From assembly GCF_056712565.1 (NCBI RefSeq), contig NZ_CM160072.1: a DNA stretch of 64,000 bases; one strand, 5' to 3'. Under the pieces are notes generated by a model that was given only the letters and a program-made list of their open reading frames with translations, was not told the DNA's origin and did not search any database. Positions within the stretch are counted from its first letter, which is position 1. Each line of letters begins with the position of its first letter. This document shows, piece after piece, positions 42,100 to 52,646 of this stretch. A program made the translations under genes and the position numbers.

Positions 42100-42615
42100 T
42101 TAAAAATCGAGCAGTTTTTCTTCGAGTTGTTCGGCACTGCTTCGCAGTTTATCGAGAAAACGCAGCTTACGCACGGTATCCGCCGCCGCGTCCCACGTCT
42201 CGTTGTCTAACTGTTCAACCATCAACTGATGGCGGGTATCAAACATCTTTTTCACACGTTTGATAAAGCTTTCCAGCCGCGCTTCATCTTTCGCCTGTTC
42301 GATCTCGTCCAGTTCTTCGCGCAGCTCCAGCTGTTCCATCAGGAACGCGGTGTCGCGCACAGTATGCTGCTCACTGGCGAGATCAAAACCGTGCAAAGAA
42401 AGCAAATATTCCGCGCGCATTAACGGATGACGCAGCGTTTGCCAGGCCTGGTTAATGGTTGCAGATTGCTGTACGGCGGCGAGTTGTTCCGCCTGGCTTC
42501 CGCTGGCGAATTTATCAGGATGATACTGACGTTGTAGATCCTGAAAACGCAGGCTCAGCGCCTGGGTATCGAGTTGATAACGGGCAGGCAAGCCAAAGAG
42601 GGTGAAGTAATCCAT
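42100..42615 (-). CDS. hscB: Co-chaperone HscB (J-domain)
   Basis: 171 aa, [36 protein letters not shown] (J-domain HPD motif). Confidence 0.95.
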
Positions 42616-42710
42616 AACATTCTCAGGGCTGCGATCCGCCGCGATAACGGCGAATCAGGTAAAACAAACCCCACGCGCAGGCGACCACGGTGGGGTTATC
42701 GGTATGCGCA

Positions 42711-43034
42711 TCAAACGTGGAAGCTTTCGCCGCAACCACACTCATCTTTGACGTTCGGGTTGGTGAATTTAAACCCTTCGTTAAGGCCTTCTTTGACGAA
42801 GTCCAGCTGCGTACCGTCCAGAAATTGCAGGCTTTTGCCATCGACCACGACTTTCACGCCTTTGTCTTCAAACACGATGTCTTCCGGCGTCGGTTCGTCA
42901 ACAAATTCCAGTACATAAGCCATACCTGAACACCCGGAGGTTCTCACGCCCAGACGCAGGCCAAACCCTTTACCGCGGTTAGCCAGAAAGGTATTTACTC
43001 GCGCTGCTGCACTGTCGCTCAGTGTAATCGACAT
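42711..43034 (-). CDS. iscA: Fe-S cluster insertion protein IscA (A-type carrier)
   Basis: 107 aa from [30 protein letters not shown]...[13 protein letters not shown] at 43032-43034. Confidence 0.95.
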   Translation of the reverse strand: MSITLSDSAAARVNTFLANRGKGFGLRLGVRTSGCSGMAYVLEFVDEPTPEDIVFEDKGVKVVVDGKSLQFLDGTQLDFVKEGLNEGFKFTNPNVKDECGCGESFHV

Positions 43035-43050
43035 AACCAAACCTCAACTC

Positions 43051-43437
43051 TTATTTTGCTTCACGTTTGCTTTTATAGTCCGCAATGGCGGCTTTGATCG
43101 CGTCTTCTGCCAGAATAGAACAGTGAATTTTCACCGGCGGCAGTTCAAGTTCTTCAGCAATATCGGTGTTTTTGATCGCCTGTGCTTCGTCGAGAGACTT
43201 CCCTTTCACCCATTCGGTGACCAGGGAGCTGGAAGCGATAGCGGAACCGCAGCCGTAAGTTTTAAAACGCGCGTCTTCAATGATACCTTCATCGTTGACT
43301 TTAATCTGCAACTTCATCACGTCGCCACAGGCCGGTGCACCCACCATGCCGCTGCCGACGTTCTCGTCGTTGTTGTCAAAGGAACCCACGTTACGCGGAT
43401 TCTCGTAATGGTCGATAACTTTTTCGCTGTAAGCCAT
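43051..43437 (-). CDS. iscU: Fe-S cluster scaffold IscU
   Basis: 128 aa, MAYSEKVIDHYENPRNVGSFDNNDENVGSGMVGAPACGDVMKLQI... Confidence 0.97.
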   Translation of the reverse strand: MAYSEKVIDHYENPRNVGSFDNNDENVGSGMVGAPACGDVMKLQIKVNDEGIIEDARFKTYGCGSAIASSSLVTEWVKGKSLDEAQAIKNTDIAEELELPPVKIHCSILAEDAIKAAIADYKSKREAK

Positions 43438-43464
43438 TATAAATTCTCCTGATTCCGATACCGA

Positions 43465-44679
43465 TTAATGATGAGCCCATTCGATGCTGTTCAGATCCAC
43501 GCCCTGCTTGTACATTTCCCACAGCGGAGAAAGGTCACGCAGACGACCGATGGATTTACGAACTAACTCGATGGTGTAGTCGATCTCTTCTTCAGTAGTA
43601 AAACGACCTAAAGAGAAACGGATAGAGCTATGTGCCAGCTCGTCGTTCAGCCCCAGCGCGCGCAGCACGTAGGACGGTTCGAGGCTTGCTGACGTACAGG
43701 CGGAACCTGAAGAAACCGCGAGGTCTTTCAGCGCCATAATCAGCGACTCACCTTCAACGTAGTTGAAGCTGACGTTGAGAATGTTCGGCGCACCGTGTTC
43801 CAGGTCACCGTTCAGGTAAACTTCTTCGATATCTTTGATGCCGTTCCACAGACGGTTACGCAGGCCGCGCAGACGTTCCATCTCGGTCGCCATCTCTTCT
43901 TTTGCGATGCGATAGGCTTCGCCCATACCGACGATCTGGTGAACAGGCAGAGTGCCGGAACGCATACCGCGCTCGTGACCGCCGCCATGCATTTGTGCTT
44001 CGATACGTACGCGCGGTTTACGACGCACATACAGCGCACCAATACCTTTCGGGCCATAGATTTTGTGACCGGAGAAAGACATCAGGTCAACTTTCAACTG
44101 GCTCAGGTCGATAGGCAGTTTGCCCACGCTCTGGGTTGCATCAACGTGATAGATAATGCCACGAGCACGGCACATTTCGCCGATAGCCGCGATATCCTGC
44201 ACCACGCCGATTTCGTTATTTACGTGCATGATGGAAACAAGGATGGTGTCGTCACGCATCGCTGCTTCGAGTTCTTTCAGGTCGATAATGCCATTACGCT
44301 GCGGTGCCAGGTAAGTGACTTCAAAACCTTCGCGCTCCAGCTGACGGCAGGTATCCAGTACCGCTTTATGTTCGGTTTTACTGGTGATGATGTGCTTGCC
44401 TTTTTTCTGATAAAAGTTGGCTGCACCTTTGATCGCCAGGTTGTCAGATTCGGTTGCACCAGAGGTAAAGACGATTTCACGCGGATCAGCGCCGACCAGA
44501 TCGGCAATCTGATTACGGGCGATATCTACCGCTTCTTCAGCCTGCCAGCCGAAACGGTGAGAACGGGAGGCCGGGTTACCAAAGGTTCCGTCCATCGTCA
44601 TAAACTGCATCATTTTCTCGGCAACACGCGGGTCCACCGGCGTGGTTGCGGAGTAGTCGAGATAAATCGGTAATTTCAT
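43465..44679 (-). CDS. iscS: Cysteine desulfurase IscS
   Basis: 404 aa from [26 protein letters not shown]...; PLP Lys in [12 protein letters not shown], catalytic SSGSACTS. The track ORF has an 8-codon extension. Confidence 0.97.
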
Positions 44680-44790
44680 TGCTCTATAAACTCCGTACAT
44701 CACTCAATGCAAGGAACCAGGCTACCGGCTGGATGTACGACCGTGTTTACGGAGTGTTTAGCACTCCGGCCTGATTCTGAATTCTTTTTA

Positions 44791-45279
44791 TTAAGCGCGT
44801 AACTTAACGTCGATCGCGTCTTGTGTGCGGGTGCGTGGCGCGTCGTGAGTATGCTGACGACCAGACACATCCAGCACTTCCTGGTTATTAACCAGTTCGC
44901 CTAAAGTAATGTTATTGAGAAAACCGGTAAGACGGTCGCTCAAATCACGCCACAGCGCGTGGGTCAGGCATTTATCGCCGCCCTGGCAGCCGCCTTTACC
45001 CTGACAACGGGTGGCATCTACAGATTCGTCAACGGCGCTAATCACTTCGCCAACGGCGATGCTGCTGGCATCTTTGCCTAACAGATAACCACCGCCTGGT
45101 CCACGTACGCTGGAAACCAGACCATTTTTACGCAGACGGGAAAACAGTTGTTCCAGATAAGAAAGGGAAATTCCCTGACGTTCGGAAATATCAGCCAACG
45201 GTACCGGGCCCGCTTCAGAGTTGAGCGCAACGTCAAGCATTGCGGTCACGGCATAGCGCCCTTTAGATGTCAGTCTCAT
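44791..45279 (-). CDS. iscR: Fe-S cluster regulator IscR (Rrf2 family)
   Basis: 162 aa, [55 protein letters not shown]...; cluster-ligand cysteines present. Confidence 0.95.
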
Positions 45280-45362
45280 GTCTTACTTCACCTCAAACTC
45301 GCCCCTGCCCGGGGTTTTTTATTGTAAAAGTGGGGGTATTGCATAGCAGGGTCAAGTCTGAC

Positions 45363-45412
45363 ATTCCCGAGTAAATTGGTCAACTATTTACTTGACTGAT
45401 TTAGTCGGGTAT
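45363..45412 (-). promoter_or_regulatory. Tandem IscR type-1 operator sites in the iscR promoter
   Basis: Minus strand reads AAATAGTTGACCAATTTACTCGGGAAT and ATACCCGACTAAATCAGTCAAGTA, matching my recollection of the ATASYYGACTRwwwYAGTCRRSTAT IscR motif, located about 85-135 nt upstream of the iscR ATG. Confidence 0.5.
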
Positions 45413-45455
45413 TTAACCTTCAGTGCCATTTTTTATCGTGGCGTTTGTACCTGTT

Positions 45456-45541
45456 GTCGGATGCGGTGTGAACACCTTATCCGACCTGGGATTCCGTGCA
45501 CTTACAGGCCTGATAAGACGCGTTAAGCATCGCATCAGGCA
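45456..45541. repeat. BIME / REP pair between trmJ and the iscR promoter
   Basis: gtcggatgcggtgtgaacaccttatccgac and aggcctgataagacgcgttaagcatcgcatcaggc. Confidence 0.55.
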
Positions 45542-45548
45542 ACCACTG

Positions 45549-46289
45549 TTATTCGGCCTTGTTACCTTTATTCTGCTGCTCAATAGAAGCCAGAATCCCG
45601 CGCAGGATATTCAATTCCTGGCTTTCCGGGCGTGCACGGGTAAACAGACGGCGCAATTTATTCATCACCTGCCCCGGATGGTTTTCACGGATAAAACCGG
45701 TTGCCAGCAGCGTTTGCTCCAGATGACCATAAAAACGCTCCAGATCATCGACCAGCGGATACGGCGTCTCTTCATGCTCGACCTGCTCGCCATTTTCCTG
45801 AGTTGCCAGCCAGGCCATGCGCACTTCATAGGCAATAACCTGAACCGCCATCGCCAGGTTCAGCGAACTGTATTCCGGGTTAGCCGCAATCGCGACATGA
45901 TAATGGCATTTCTGCAACTCTTCATTGGTCAAGCCGACGCGCTCGCGACCAAACACCAGCGCCACCGGGGTATTTGCCGCTTCAGCGACGCTTTTCAGAC
46001 CGCATTCGCGCGGGTCGAGCATCGGCCACGGCAGCGTGCGGGAGCGAGCGCTGGTGCCCACCACCAGACTACAACCGGCTAACGCTTCGTCGAGCGTATC
46101 GACGATGTGAGCATTACCAATCACATCGCTGGCCCCTGCTGCCAGGGCAATCGCCTGGGAGTCTGGTTTCACTAGTGGATTAACCAGCCACAGATTGGTT
46201 AATCCCATTGTTTTCATGGCACGGGCAACAGAACCCATATTGCCGGTGTGTGACGTCTCCACCAGCACAATTCGAATATTTTGCAGCAT
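45549..46289 (-). CDS. trmJ: tRNA (cytidine/uridine-2'-O)-methyltransferase TrmJ (SPOUT family)
   Basis: 246 aa, [30 protein letters not shown]... Confidence 0.9.
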
Positions 46290-46407
46290 TGTCTTTCTTC
46301 ATCTAAAGATTATTCACGCATCTTATCATAAAACGAAGACAGATGCCGATCTCGCTGCTATACTCTGCGCCGTTTTCCCGTTCTTTAACATCCAGTGAGA
46401 GAGACCG

Positions 46408-47211
46408 ATGCATCCGATGCTGAACATCGCCGTGCGCGCAGCGCGCAAGGCGGGTAATTTAATTGCCAAAAACTATGAAACCCCGGACGCTGTAGAAGCG
46501 AGCCAGAAAGGCAGTAACGATTTCGTGACCAACGTAGATAAAGCTGCCGAAGCGGTGATTATCGACACGATTCGTAAATCTTACCCACAGCACACCATCA
46601 TCACCGAAGAAAGCGGTGAACTTGAAGGTACTGATCAGGATGTTCAATGGGTTATCGATCCACTGGATGGCACTACCAACTTTATCAAACGTCTGCCGCA
46701 CTTCGCGGTATCTATCGCCGTTCGTATCAAAGGCCGCACCGAAGTTGCTGTGGTATACGATCCTATGCGTAACGAACTGTTCACCGCCACTCGCGGTCAG
46801 GGCGCACAGCTGAACGGCTACCGTCTGCGCGGCAGCACCGCTCGCGATCTCGACGGTACTATTCTGGCGACCGGCTTCCCGTTCAAAGCAAAACAGTACG
46901 CCACTACCTACATCAACATCGTCGGCAAACTGTTCAACGAATGTGCAGACTTCCGTCGTACCGGTTCTGCGGCGCTGGATCTGGCTTACGTCGCTGCGGG
47001 TCGTGTTGACGGTTTCTTTGAAATCGGTCTGCGCCCGTGGGATTTCGCGGCAGGCGAGCTGCTGGTTCGTGAAGCAGGCGGCATCGTCAGCGACTTCACC
47101 GGTGGTCATAACTATATGCTGACCGGTAACATCGTTGCTGGTAACCCGCGCGTTGTTAAAGCCATGCTGGCGAACATGCGTGACGAGTTAAGCGACGCTC
47201 TGAAGCGTTAA
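46408..47211 (+). CDS. suhB: Inositol monophosphatase SuhB
   Basis: 267 aa, MHPMLNIAVRAARKAGNLIAKNYE...; IMPase motifs DPLDGT, WDFAAG. Confidence 0.95.
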   Translation: MHPMLNIAVRAARKAGNLIAKNYETPDAVEASQKGSNDFVTNVDKAAEAVIIDTIRKSYPQHTIITEESGELEGTDQDVQWVIDPLDGTTNFIKRLPHFAVSIAVRIKGRTEVAVVYDPMRNELFTATRGQGAQLNGYRLRGSTARDLDGTILATGFPFKAKQYATTYINIVGKLFNECADFRRTGSAALDLAYVAAGRVDGFFEIGLRPWDFAAGELLVREAGGIVSDFTGGHNYMLTGNIVAGNPRVVKAMLANMRDELSDALKR

Positions 47212-47218
47212 TGACTCA

Positions 47219-47252
47219 GGCGGGTGATATCACTCACCCGCCCTCGCCTTTC
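47219..47252 (+). terminator. Stem-loop downstream of suhB (putative terminator)
   Basis: ggcgggtga-tatcac-tcacccgcc (9-bp stem) followed by ctcgcctttc. Confidence 0.35.
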
Positions 47253-47355
47253 AGGCGCTATTCCGAAATACTTCCTCACCGCTTTACTTTCTTTCGTCAC
47301 TCTCCCACCATCTTTCCCCGATTAATGGATGATAAAGAAGTCGCAAGGAAAGGTT

Positions 47356-48210
47356 ATGGCGCTGCCAGTGAACAAACGCGTTCTCAAAATTCTGTTTATT
47401 CTCTTTGTTGTTGCCTTCTGCGTTTATTTAGTGCCGCGCGTCGCCATCAACTTCTTCTATTATCCTGACGATAAAATATACGGTCCCGACCCCTGGTCGG
47501 CGGAATCCGTCGAATTTACGGCTAAGGACGGTACTCGTCTGCAAGGCTGGTTTATTCCTTCTTCGACGGGCCCTGCTGACAACGCCATCGCAACCATCAT
47601 TCATGCTCACGGCAATGCCGGAAATATGTCCGCCCACTGGCCGCTGGTCAGTTGGTTACCCGAGCGTAATTTCAACGTTTTTATGTTTGATTATCGCGGG
47701 TTTGGTAAATCAAAAGGCACGCCGTCCCAGGCCGGATTGCTGGACGATACGCAAAGTGCCATCAATGTGGTGCGCCATCGCAGTGATGTAAACCCACAAC
47801 GGCTGGTGCTGTTCGGGCAGAGTATTGGCGGGGCGAATATTCTGGATGTTATTGGTCAGGGTGATCGTGAAGGCATACGTGCGGTGATCCTCGACTCCAC
47901 CTTTGCCTCTTATGCGACCATTGCCAACCAGATGATCCCCGGCAGTGGCTACTTACTTGATGAGAGTTACAGCGGCGAAAATTACATCGCCAGCGTCAGC
48001 CCGATCCCGCTTTTACTCATTCACGGTAAAGCTGATCACGTTATCCCATGGCAGCACAGTGAAAAGTTGTATAGCCTGGCAAAAGAACCAAAACGGTTGA
48101 TCCTAATCCCGGATGGCGAACACATTGATGCTTTTTCCGATCGTCACGGCGATGTTTATCGCGAACAGATGGTGGATTTTATTCTTAGCGCGTTGAATCC
48201 GCAGAACTAA
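47356..48210 (+). CDS. yfhR: Alpha/beta-hydrolase (S9-like peptidase) YfhR
   Basis: ATG at 47356 with AGGAAAGG RBS (MALPVNKRVLKILFILFVVAF..., TM anchor, GQSIGG nucleophile elbow). An in-frame ATG 27 nt upstream (47329) is the alternative start. Confidence 0.8.
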   Translation: MALPVNKRVLKILFILFVVAFCVYLVPRVAINFFYYPDDKIYGPDPWSAESVEFTAKDGTRLQGWFIPSSTGPADNAIATIIHAHGNAGNMSAHWPLVSWLPERNFNVFMFDYRGFGKSKGTPSQAGLLDDTQSAINVVRHRSDVNPQRLVLFGQSIGGANILDVIGQGDREGIRAVILDSTFASYATIANQMIPGSGYLLDESYSGENYIASVSPIPLLLIHGKADHVIPWQHSEKLYSLAKEPKRLILIPDGEHIDAFSDRHGDVYREQMVDFILSALNPQN

Positions 48211-48400
48211 CCCATGATCGCTAGCACGATAATCATTCACAAAACCACCTTAAGACATGCTAATCCACTGGTCAGAACAGTTTAAAATGAGAAAAATTCT
48301 GTGATGCTTGCCAACATTTCTGATGATTAGCATTCCCTTCGCCATTTCCCTGAGCAAACTTTAGCTATTCTTATCAATTATGCTTATGGGAGATCTACAG

Positions 48401-49681
48401 ATGATGCCTACGCTTGCTCCACCATCTGTCCTTTCGGCTCCCCAGCGCCGCTGCCAGATCTTGCTGACGCTCTTTCAGCCGGGGTTGACCGCCACCACGG
48501 CAACTTTCAGCGAGCTTAATGGTGTGGATGATGATATTGCCAGTCTTGATATCAGCGAAACAGGACGGGAGATCCTGCGCTATCATCAACTCACACTGAC
48601 TACTGGTTATGACGGTAGCTACCGGGTTGAAGGTACAGTGCTTAACCAACGTTTGTGTTTATTTCACTGGCTACGACGTGGTTTCCGTCTGTGTCCGTCA
48701 TTTATTACCAGCCATTTCACCCCCGCCCTGAAGAGTGAACTGAAGCGGCGCGGAATTGCGCGTAACTTTTACGACGATACCAATCTACAAGCGTTAGTGA
48801 ATCTCTGCTCCCGACGGCTGCAAAAACGCTTTGAAACGCGCGATATTCATTTCCTGTGTCTGTATCTGCAATATTGTTTGCTGCAACACCACGCTGGAAT
48901 TACGCCTCAGTTTAATCCGCTCCAACGTCGCTGGGCGGAATCCTGCCTTGAATTTCAGGTAGCGCAGGAAATTGGACGCCACTGGCAGCGTCGGGCGCTC
49001 CAGCCTGTACCGCCTGATGAGCCACTGTTTATGGCATTACTTTTTTCCATGTTGCGGGTTCCCGATCCACTGCGGGATGCGCATCAGCGGGACAGGCAAC
49101 TGCGTAAGTCTATCAAACGTCTGGTAAACCACTTTCGTGAGCTGGGAAATGTTCGTTTTTATGATGAACAGGGGTTATGCGATCAGCTTTATACCCACCT
49201 CGCCCAGGCGTTAAATCGCAGTTTGTTTGCCATCGGTATTGATAACACCCTGCCGGAAGAGTTCGCCCGCCTGTATCCACGCCTGGTGCGCACCACCCGC
49301 GCGGCGCTGGCTGGATTTGAAAGTGAATACGGCGTCCATCTTTCTGATGAGGAAAGCGGTCTGGTCGCGGTGATTTTTGGTGCCTGGCTAATGCAGGAAA
49401 ACGACCTGCATGAGAAACAGATTATTCTACTGACCGGGAATGATAGCGAGCGAGAAGCGCAGATTGAGCAGCAGCTACGCGAACTAACGTTACTGCCGCT
49501 CAACATTAAACATATGTCGGTAAAGGTATTTTTGCAGACAGGCGCTCCGCGCGGCGCGGCACTGATTATTGCTCCTTATACCATGCCGTTACCGCTCTTT
49601 TCACCACCGCTGATCTATACGGACCTGACGCTGACAACACATCAACAGGAGCAGATCCGCAAAATGCTCGAATCAGCATGA
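48401..49681 (+). CDS. csiE: Stationary-phase inducible protein CsiE
   Basis: 426 aa from MMPTLAPPSVLSAPQRRCQILLTLF...; ATG at 48401 with GGGAGA RBS. The 3' end overlaps the hcaT 3' end by 9 nt (convergent). Confidence 0.85.
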   Translation: MMPTLAPPSVLSAPQRRCQILLTLFQPGLTATTATFSELNGVDDDIASLDISETGREILRYHQLTLTTGYDGSYRVEGTVLNQRLCLFHWLRRGFRLCPSFITSHFTPALKSELKRRGIARNFYDDTNLQALVNLCSRRLQKRFETRDIHFLCLYLQYCLLQHHAGITPQFNPLQRRWAESCLEFQVAQEIGRHWQRRALQPVPPDEPLFMALLFSMLRVPDPLRDAHQRDRQLRKSIKRLVNHFRELGNVRFYDEQGLCDQLYTHLAQALNRSLFAIGIDNTLPEEFARLYPRLVRTTRAALAGFESEYGVHLSDEESGLVAVIFGAWLMQENDLHEKQIILLTGNDSEREAQIEQQLRELTLLPLNIKHMSVKVFLQTGAPRGAALIIAPYTMPLPLFSPPLIYTDLTLTTHQQEQIRKMLESA

Positions 49682-50812
49682 GGGAACAACTTTCGGGCGC
49701 AAAAACATTGCCGGAAGCGCCACCAGCGCCATCACCCAGAACACGCCGTGGCCGAGATATTGATACAGGAAACCGGCGAAAACGGTCATGATGGCGATAC
49801 TGCCGCCCATCGCGACGGCAGAGTAAACCGCCTGTAAACGGATGACTTCGCTACCCTGGCGAGCAGCAATATAGCGCATGGCAGCCAGGTGGCAGACCGT
49901 GAAGGTACCGCAATGCAGAATTTGCACCACTATCAACCACGGCAACGCCGTAGTTGCTCCCATAATGCCCCAGCGCACTACGCCGCAAATCGCCGAGATC
50001 AACAGCATATCGCGTGCACTACAACGGCGGAAAAGTTTATTACTCAGCGCAAAGATAATGACTTCCGCCACCACGCCCAGCGACCACAAATACCCCACCG
50101 CCGAGGCCGAGTAGCCAGCTGCCTGCCAGTAAATGGCGCTAAAACCGTAATAGGCCGCATGTGCCCCCTGCAATAAACAAACGCAGGCCAGAAAGCGCCA
50201 GTTCTGGCGAACCAACGCCAACCACGCAGACCAGCCGGTGCTCTCCTGCTGGCGGCTTGCCCCTTGTGGCTGAATCGTCGGACGGATGAGAAAGCCGAGC
50301 AGCATGGATGCCACGCCCAACGTCAACAGCGCGAGGATCACCCGATAATCAAACATACTGACCAGTTTGCCCGTCAGCGCCGAGCCAATGACAAACGCCA
50401 CCGAGCCCCACAGTCTCACTTTGCCGTAATCAAGCGGGAACTGCTTTTGCCACGTATTCGCCAGTGCATCGGTCAACGGTACCAGCGGTGAGAAAAAGAG
50501 GTTAAAGCCAATCATCACCAGCATCAGCCACGCTACGTGCGCCCCCGCCCAGAAGGCGACAGCAAAGAGAAGTGTCAGCAGTGCCAGCACGCGCAAGGCG
50601 GAAATCAGGCGGGAAGGATCGCTGACGCGGGGCGCGATGAGCAAACTCCCGAGGAAACGGGCAACCAGACCCGCCCCCAATAACAGGCCGATGGTTTCTG
50701 GCGTTAAACCAATCCCTTTAAGCCAGACGCTCCAGAAAGGTAGAAAAATGCCGTAACTAAAAAAGTATGTGAAATAGCCGAGCGCCAACCAGCGCGTGGA
50801 TTGCAAAACCAT
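49673..50812 (-). CDS. hcaT: MFS transporter HcaT (putative 3-phenylpropionate permease)
   Basis: 379 aa, 12 predicted TM segments, MVLQSTRWLALGYFTYFFSYGIFLPFWSVWLKG... Confidence 0.85.
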   Translation of the reverse strand: MVLQSTRWLALGYFTYFFSYGIFLPFWSVWLKGIGLTPETIGLLLGAGLVARFLGSLLIAPRVSDPSRLISALRVLALLTLLFAVAFWAGAHVAWLMLVMIGFNLFFSPLVPLTDALANTWQKQFPLDYGKVRLWGSVAFVIGSALTGKLVSMFDYRVILALLTLGVASMLLGFLIRPTIQPQGASRQQESTGWSAWLALVRQNWRFLACVCLLQGAHAAYYGFSAIYWQAAGYSASAVGYLWSLGVVAEVIIFALSNKLFRRCSARDMLLISAICGVVRWGIMGATTALPWLIVVQILHCGTFTVCHLAAMRYIAARQGSEVIRLQAVYSAVAMGGSIAIMTVFAGFLYQYLGHGVFWVMALVALPAMFLRPKVVPSC

Positions 50813-51015
50813 GAGTCCCTCCCGTCAGGAGGCGTTAGTCTGAGGTTAATCGAATGTTGGTGCAAGTTGAAAAATAAGAATATTCGAGCCTGCTTCCTGA
50901 CGGTTATCCTGCATATCAGGAAATGACAAAAAAGAGCGGCCCACAACACAACATGTAAAAAAGAACGATGAAACAGGTGAAAATCGCAATTTATTGAACT
51001 GACAAACTCATGTGA

Positions 51016-51048
51016 GACGGATAAGGCGTGCATGTCGCATCCGGCAGG
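51016..51048. repeat. REP element in the hcaT-yphA spacer
   Basis: gacggataaggcgtgcatgtcgcatccggcagg. Confidence 0.5.
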
Positions 51049-51180
51049 AAACAATAAGCACATTGTCAGCCATCTGCGTTATGCCGTTATACCAGAAACG
51101 AATATCTCAACGCCTGGGCGTGGCGAGGTACCAGAGTGTGTATTACGTTTAAATCACATCATCTTGCAAAGGGATTGGTT

Positions 51181-51603
51181 ATGAACTCACTACGTTATTT
51201 TGATTTTGGCACTGCCCGCCCCGTTTTATTATTAATTGCCCGTATCGCCGTGGTCTTAATTTTCATTATTTTTGGTTTTCCCAAAATGATGGGCTTTGGC
51301 GGTACGGTCCAATATATGGCCTCGCTGGGCGCACCAATGCCGATGCTGGCAGCGATTATTGCGGTAGTTATGGAAGTGCCCGCCGCGATATTAATCGTGC
51401 TTGGCTTTTTCACCCGTCCGCTGGCGGTGCTGTTTATTTTCTACACGCTGGGTACGGCGGTGATTGGCCACCATTACTGGGATATGACCGGCGATGCGGT
51501 TGGGCCAAATATGATTAATTTCTGGAAGAATGTCAGTATCGCTGGCGCATTCCTGCTGTTGGCAATTACCGGGCCGGGGGCGATTTCTCTCGATCGGCGT
51601 TAG
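51181..51603 (+). CDS. yphA: DoxX-family inner membrane protein YphA
   Basis: 140 aa from [28 protein letters not shown]...; ATG at 51181 with AGGGATTGG RBS. The track ORF has a 15-codon extension. Confidence 0.85.
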   Translation: MNSLRYFDFGTARPVLLLIARIAVVLIFIIFGFPKMMGFGGTVQYMASLGAPMPMLAAIIAVVMEVPAAILIVLGFFTRPLAVLFIFYTLGTAVIGHHYWDMTGDAVGPNMINFWKNVSIAGAFLLLAITGPGAISLDRR

Positions 51604-51607
51604 GAAA

Positions 51608-51755
<148 letters not shown>

Positions 51756-51762
51756 TTATAAA

Positions 51763-52635
51763 TTACAGCAACGCAACCCGCAACGACATCTCTGAAATTG
51801 TTGATTCCCCTGGTGCAAGCGCAATGAGGTCACCACCTTCCGGACGATGATGGTCATCCGGCGCATGGCTCATCGGTTCCAGACAGAAGAAATCAAACGC
51901 ATATCCTTTATCAAACGCCGGGTCGGAAACAAAGATGAAATAACACGGTGCAGGCGGCGTCGTTTCCATGATGATGGCATAACCCTCCTGCGGCTGCTCG
52001 ATGCGGGCCTGACCATTCCATCCGGCAAAACCATTGTTTACCCACTGGCGCGGTAACGGCGCGAGCTGGTTAAAATCCAGTTCCTGCGGTAGCTGCTCGC
52101 AAAACTCACCCGCCAGCCACTGCTCCTGCTCCCGCCAGTAACAGCTCGCCTGCGCCTGAATCCGCGTTTGTGGTGACAACGGAAAATAAGGATGCCAGCC
52201 GGTACCAAATGGCAGCGTCTCTGCCCCTTTATTGGTGACAGAGAGCGTCACCGTCAGCGTATCTGCCGTTAAATGAAACGCCTGACTTACCCGATAGTGA
52301 TAAACACCGCTGCGATGTTCATACACCAGACACAAGCTATCTTCGCTGCGCGAGACACATTGCCACTGCCCCAGCCAGGCATCACCGTGTAGATAGTGCG
52401 CATCCCACTCAACATTCGGTTGTAGTTGATATTCACGTCCCTGCCAGACAAAACGATTACCGCTCACCCGGTTTGCAAACGGCACCAGCGGAAAACAAGA
52501 GGCATCGGTTGCCACACCGCTTTTTTTACCAGGACGTAGCAGCGGCGTCGTATCGCGCCAGAAGCCTTCGATTACGCCGCCCTGATCAGAAACGTCCAGC
52601 TTTAGCGGCCCGTGAGATAAGGTATAGATGGTCAT
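51763..52635 (-). CDS. yphB: Aldose 1-epimerase family protein YphB
   Basis: 290 aa, MTIYTLSHGPLKLDVSDQGGVIEGFWRD... Confidence 0.85.
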   Translation of the reverse strand: MTIYTLSHGPLKLDVSDQGGVIEGFWRDTTPLLRPGKKSGVATDASCFPLVPFANRVSGNRFVWQGREYQLQPNVEWDAHYLHGDAWLGQWQCVSRSEDSLCLVYEHRSGVYHYRVSQAFHLTADTLTVTLSVTNKGAETLPFGTGWHPYFPLSPQTRIQAQASCYWREQEQWLAGEFCEQLPQELDFNQLAPLPRQWVNNGFAGWNGQARIEQPQEGYAIIMETTPPAPCYFIFVSDPAFDKGYAFDFFCLEPMSHAPDDHHRPEGGDLIALAPGESTISEMSLRVALL

Positions 52636-52646
52636 CCGCAGACTCC

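Noticed and set aside
43795-44673. 292-aa plus-strand ORF
   Set aside because: Antisense to iscS.
46459-47109. 216-aa minus-strand ORF
   Set aside because: Antisense to suhB.
48211-48400. CRP site upstream of csiE (TGTGA-N6-CCAACA)
   Set aside because: Only one good half-site; too weak to call without a PWM score.
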